A stretch of 11,864 nucleotides of DNA from a virus. The notes under the pieces were generated by a model that was given only the letters and a program-made list of their open reading frames with translations, made no database searches and was not told where the DNA came from. The stretch lies in IMG/VR virus record IMGVR_UViG_3300029608_000062, positions 1 through 11,864 of that record; one strand, 5' to 3'. The position numbers and the translations under genes are program-made. Positions 11,660-11,864 of the stretch are shown in pieces (the stretch's first letter is position 1; every line of letters begins with the position of its first letter).

Positions 11660-11864
11660 TTACGCTACAACAAATCTACGCGAAGTGGTCGAGCGGGTGA
11701 AGCGCTCGGCAAGCTCGGGCATTGCCTTCTTGAACGCCGTGCTGTCAAAGCGGCTGCTGGTCACGGTCTTCCATGTGATCTTGTAATCCGCGCCCGTCAG
11801 CGTGTCAGCGTCGATGGCAGTCATGTGCGCCTTGATCGCGTCCTGAATGCTCTCGATCTCGGCT
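11660..11864 (-). CDS. 3' part of the junction-spanning 91-aa gene (same gene as 1..182; 11754-11864 duplicates 1-111)
   Basis: TAA at 11662-11660. Translation ...TWKTVTSSRFDSTAFKKAMPELAERFTRSTTSRRFVVA. The frame is continuous with 1..182 once the duplicate is collapsed (94 + 182 = 276 nt). Confidence 0.8.
   Translation of the reverse strand, partial: AEIESIQDAIKAHMTAIDADTLTGADYKITWKTVTSSRFDSTAFKKAMPELAERFTRSTTSRRFVVA
11754..11864. repeat. Terminal direct repeat, copy 2 (identical to 1-111)
   Basis: 111/111 identity read directly from the sequence. Confidence 0.97.

Larger units (their letters stand above)
1..11753. mobile_element. One full unit of a small element encoding integrase, replication and terminase functions (phage-satellite-like or mini-prophage), captured in closed form
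   Basis: An exact 111-bp end duplication closes the sequence. It carries int, an Xis-like gene, a replisome organizer with ori-like repeats, terS/terL and two virion-associated genes, but no capsid, portal, tail tube or lysis genes are recognisable. Confidence 0.6.

Overview
The window closes on itself. Bases 1-111 recur exactly at 11754-11864, so the unique unit is 11,753 bp, most simply a circular (or circularly permuted / terminally redundant) genome. It is densely coding: about 23 genes, 21 on the minus strand. Most have AGGAGG-type Shine-Dalgarno sites and many have coupled or overlapping starts, which looks Firmicutes/Clostridia-like. Reading the minus strand (descending coordinates), the order is as follows. 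A strong promoter (423-450) and a roughly 230-nt leader come first. Next is a five-gene operon of small proteins that crosses the window junction and includes a sigma-70 region-4-like HTH protein. A repeat-rich 300-bp region (candidate attP / int control region) follows. Then come a Cys-rich zinc-ribbon gene coupled to a 460-aa tyrosine integrase, a promoter plus a very strong intrinsic terminator, an Xis-like HTH gene, a wHTH gene, and a replisome-organizer N-domain protein with an ori-like repeat/pyrimidine tract. After that come an Hjc-like PD-(D/E)XK nuclease, small and large (PBSX-type) terminase subunits, a zinc-ribbon protein, a 223-aa helical protein, a 39-aa membrane peptide, an HK97 gp10-like protein, an 81-aa protein and a short tape-measure-like protein. 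Two plus-strand genes (a ribbon-helix-helix protein and an 86-aa coiled-coil protein) each have their own near-consensus promoter and terminator. I see no recognisable capsid, portal, protease, tail tube/sheath, baseplate or lysis genes. Best reading: a small integrative, helper-dependent phage-satellite-like element whose gene set does not fit the described satellite families (PICI, cfPICI, P4-like, PLE). All family calls come from motifs recognised by eye in the translations; no searches or folding programs were run.
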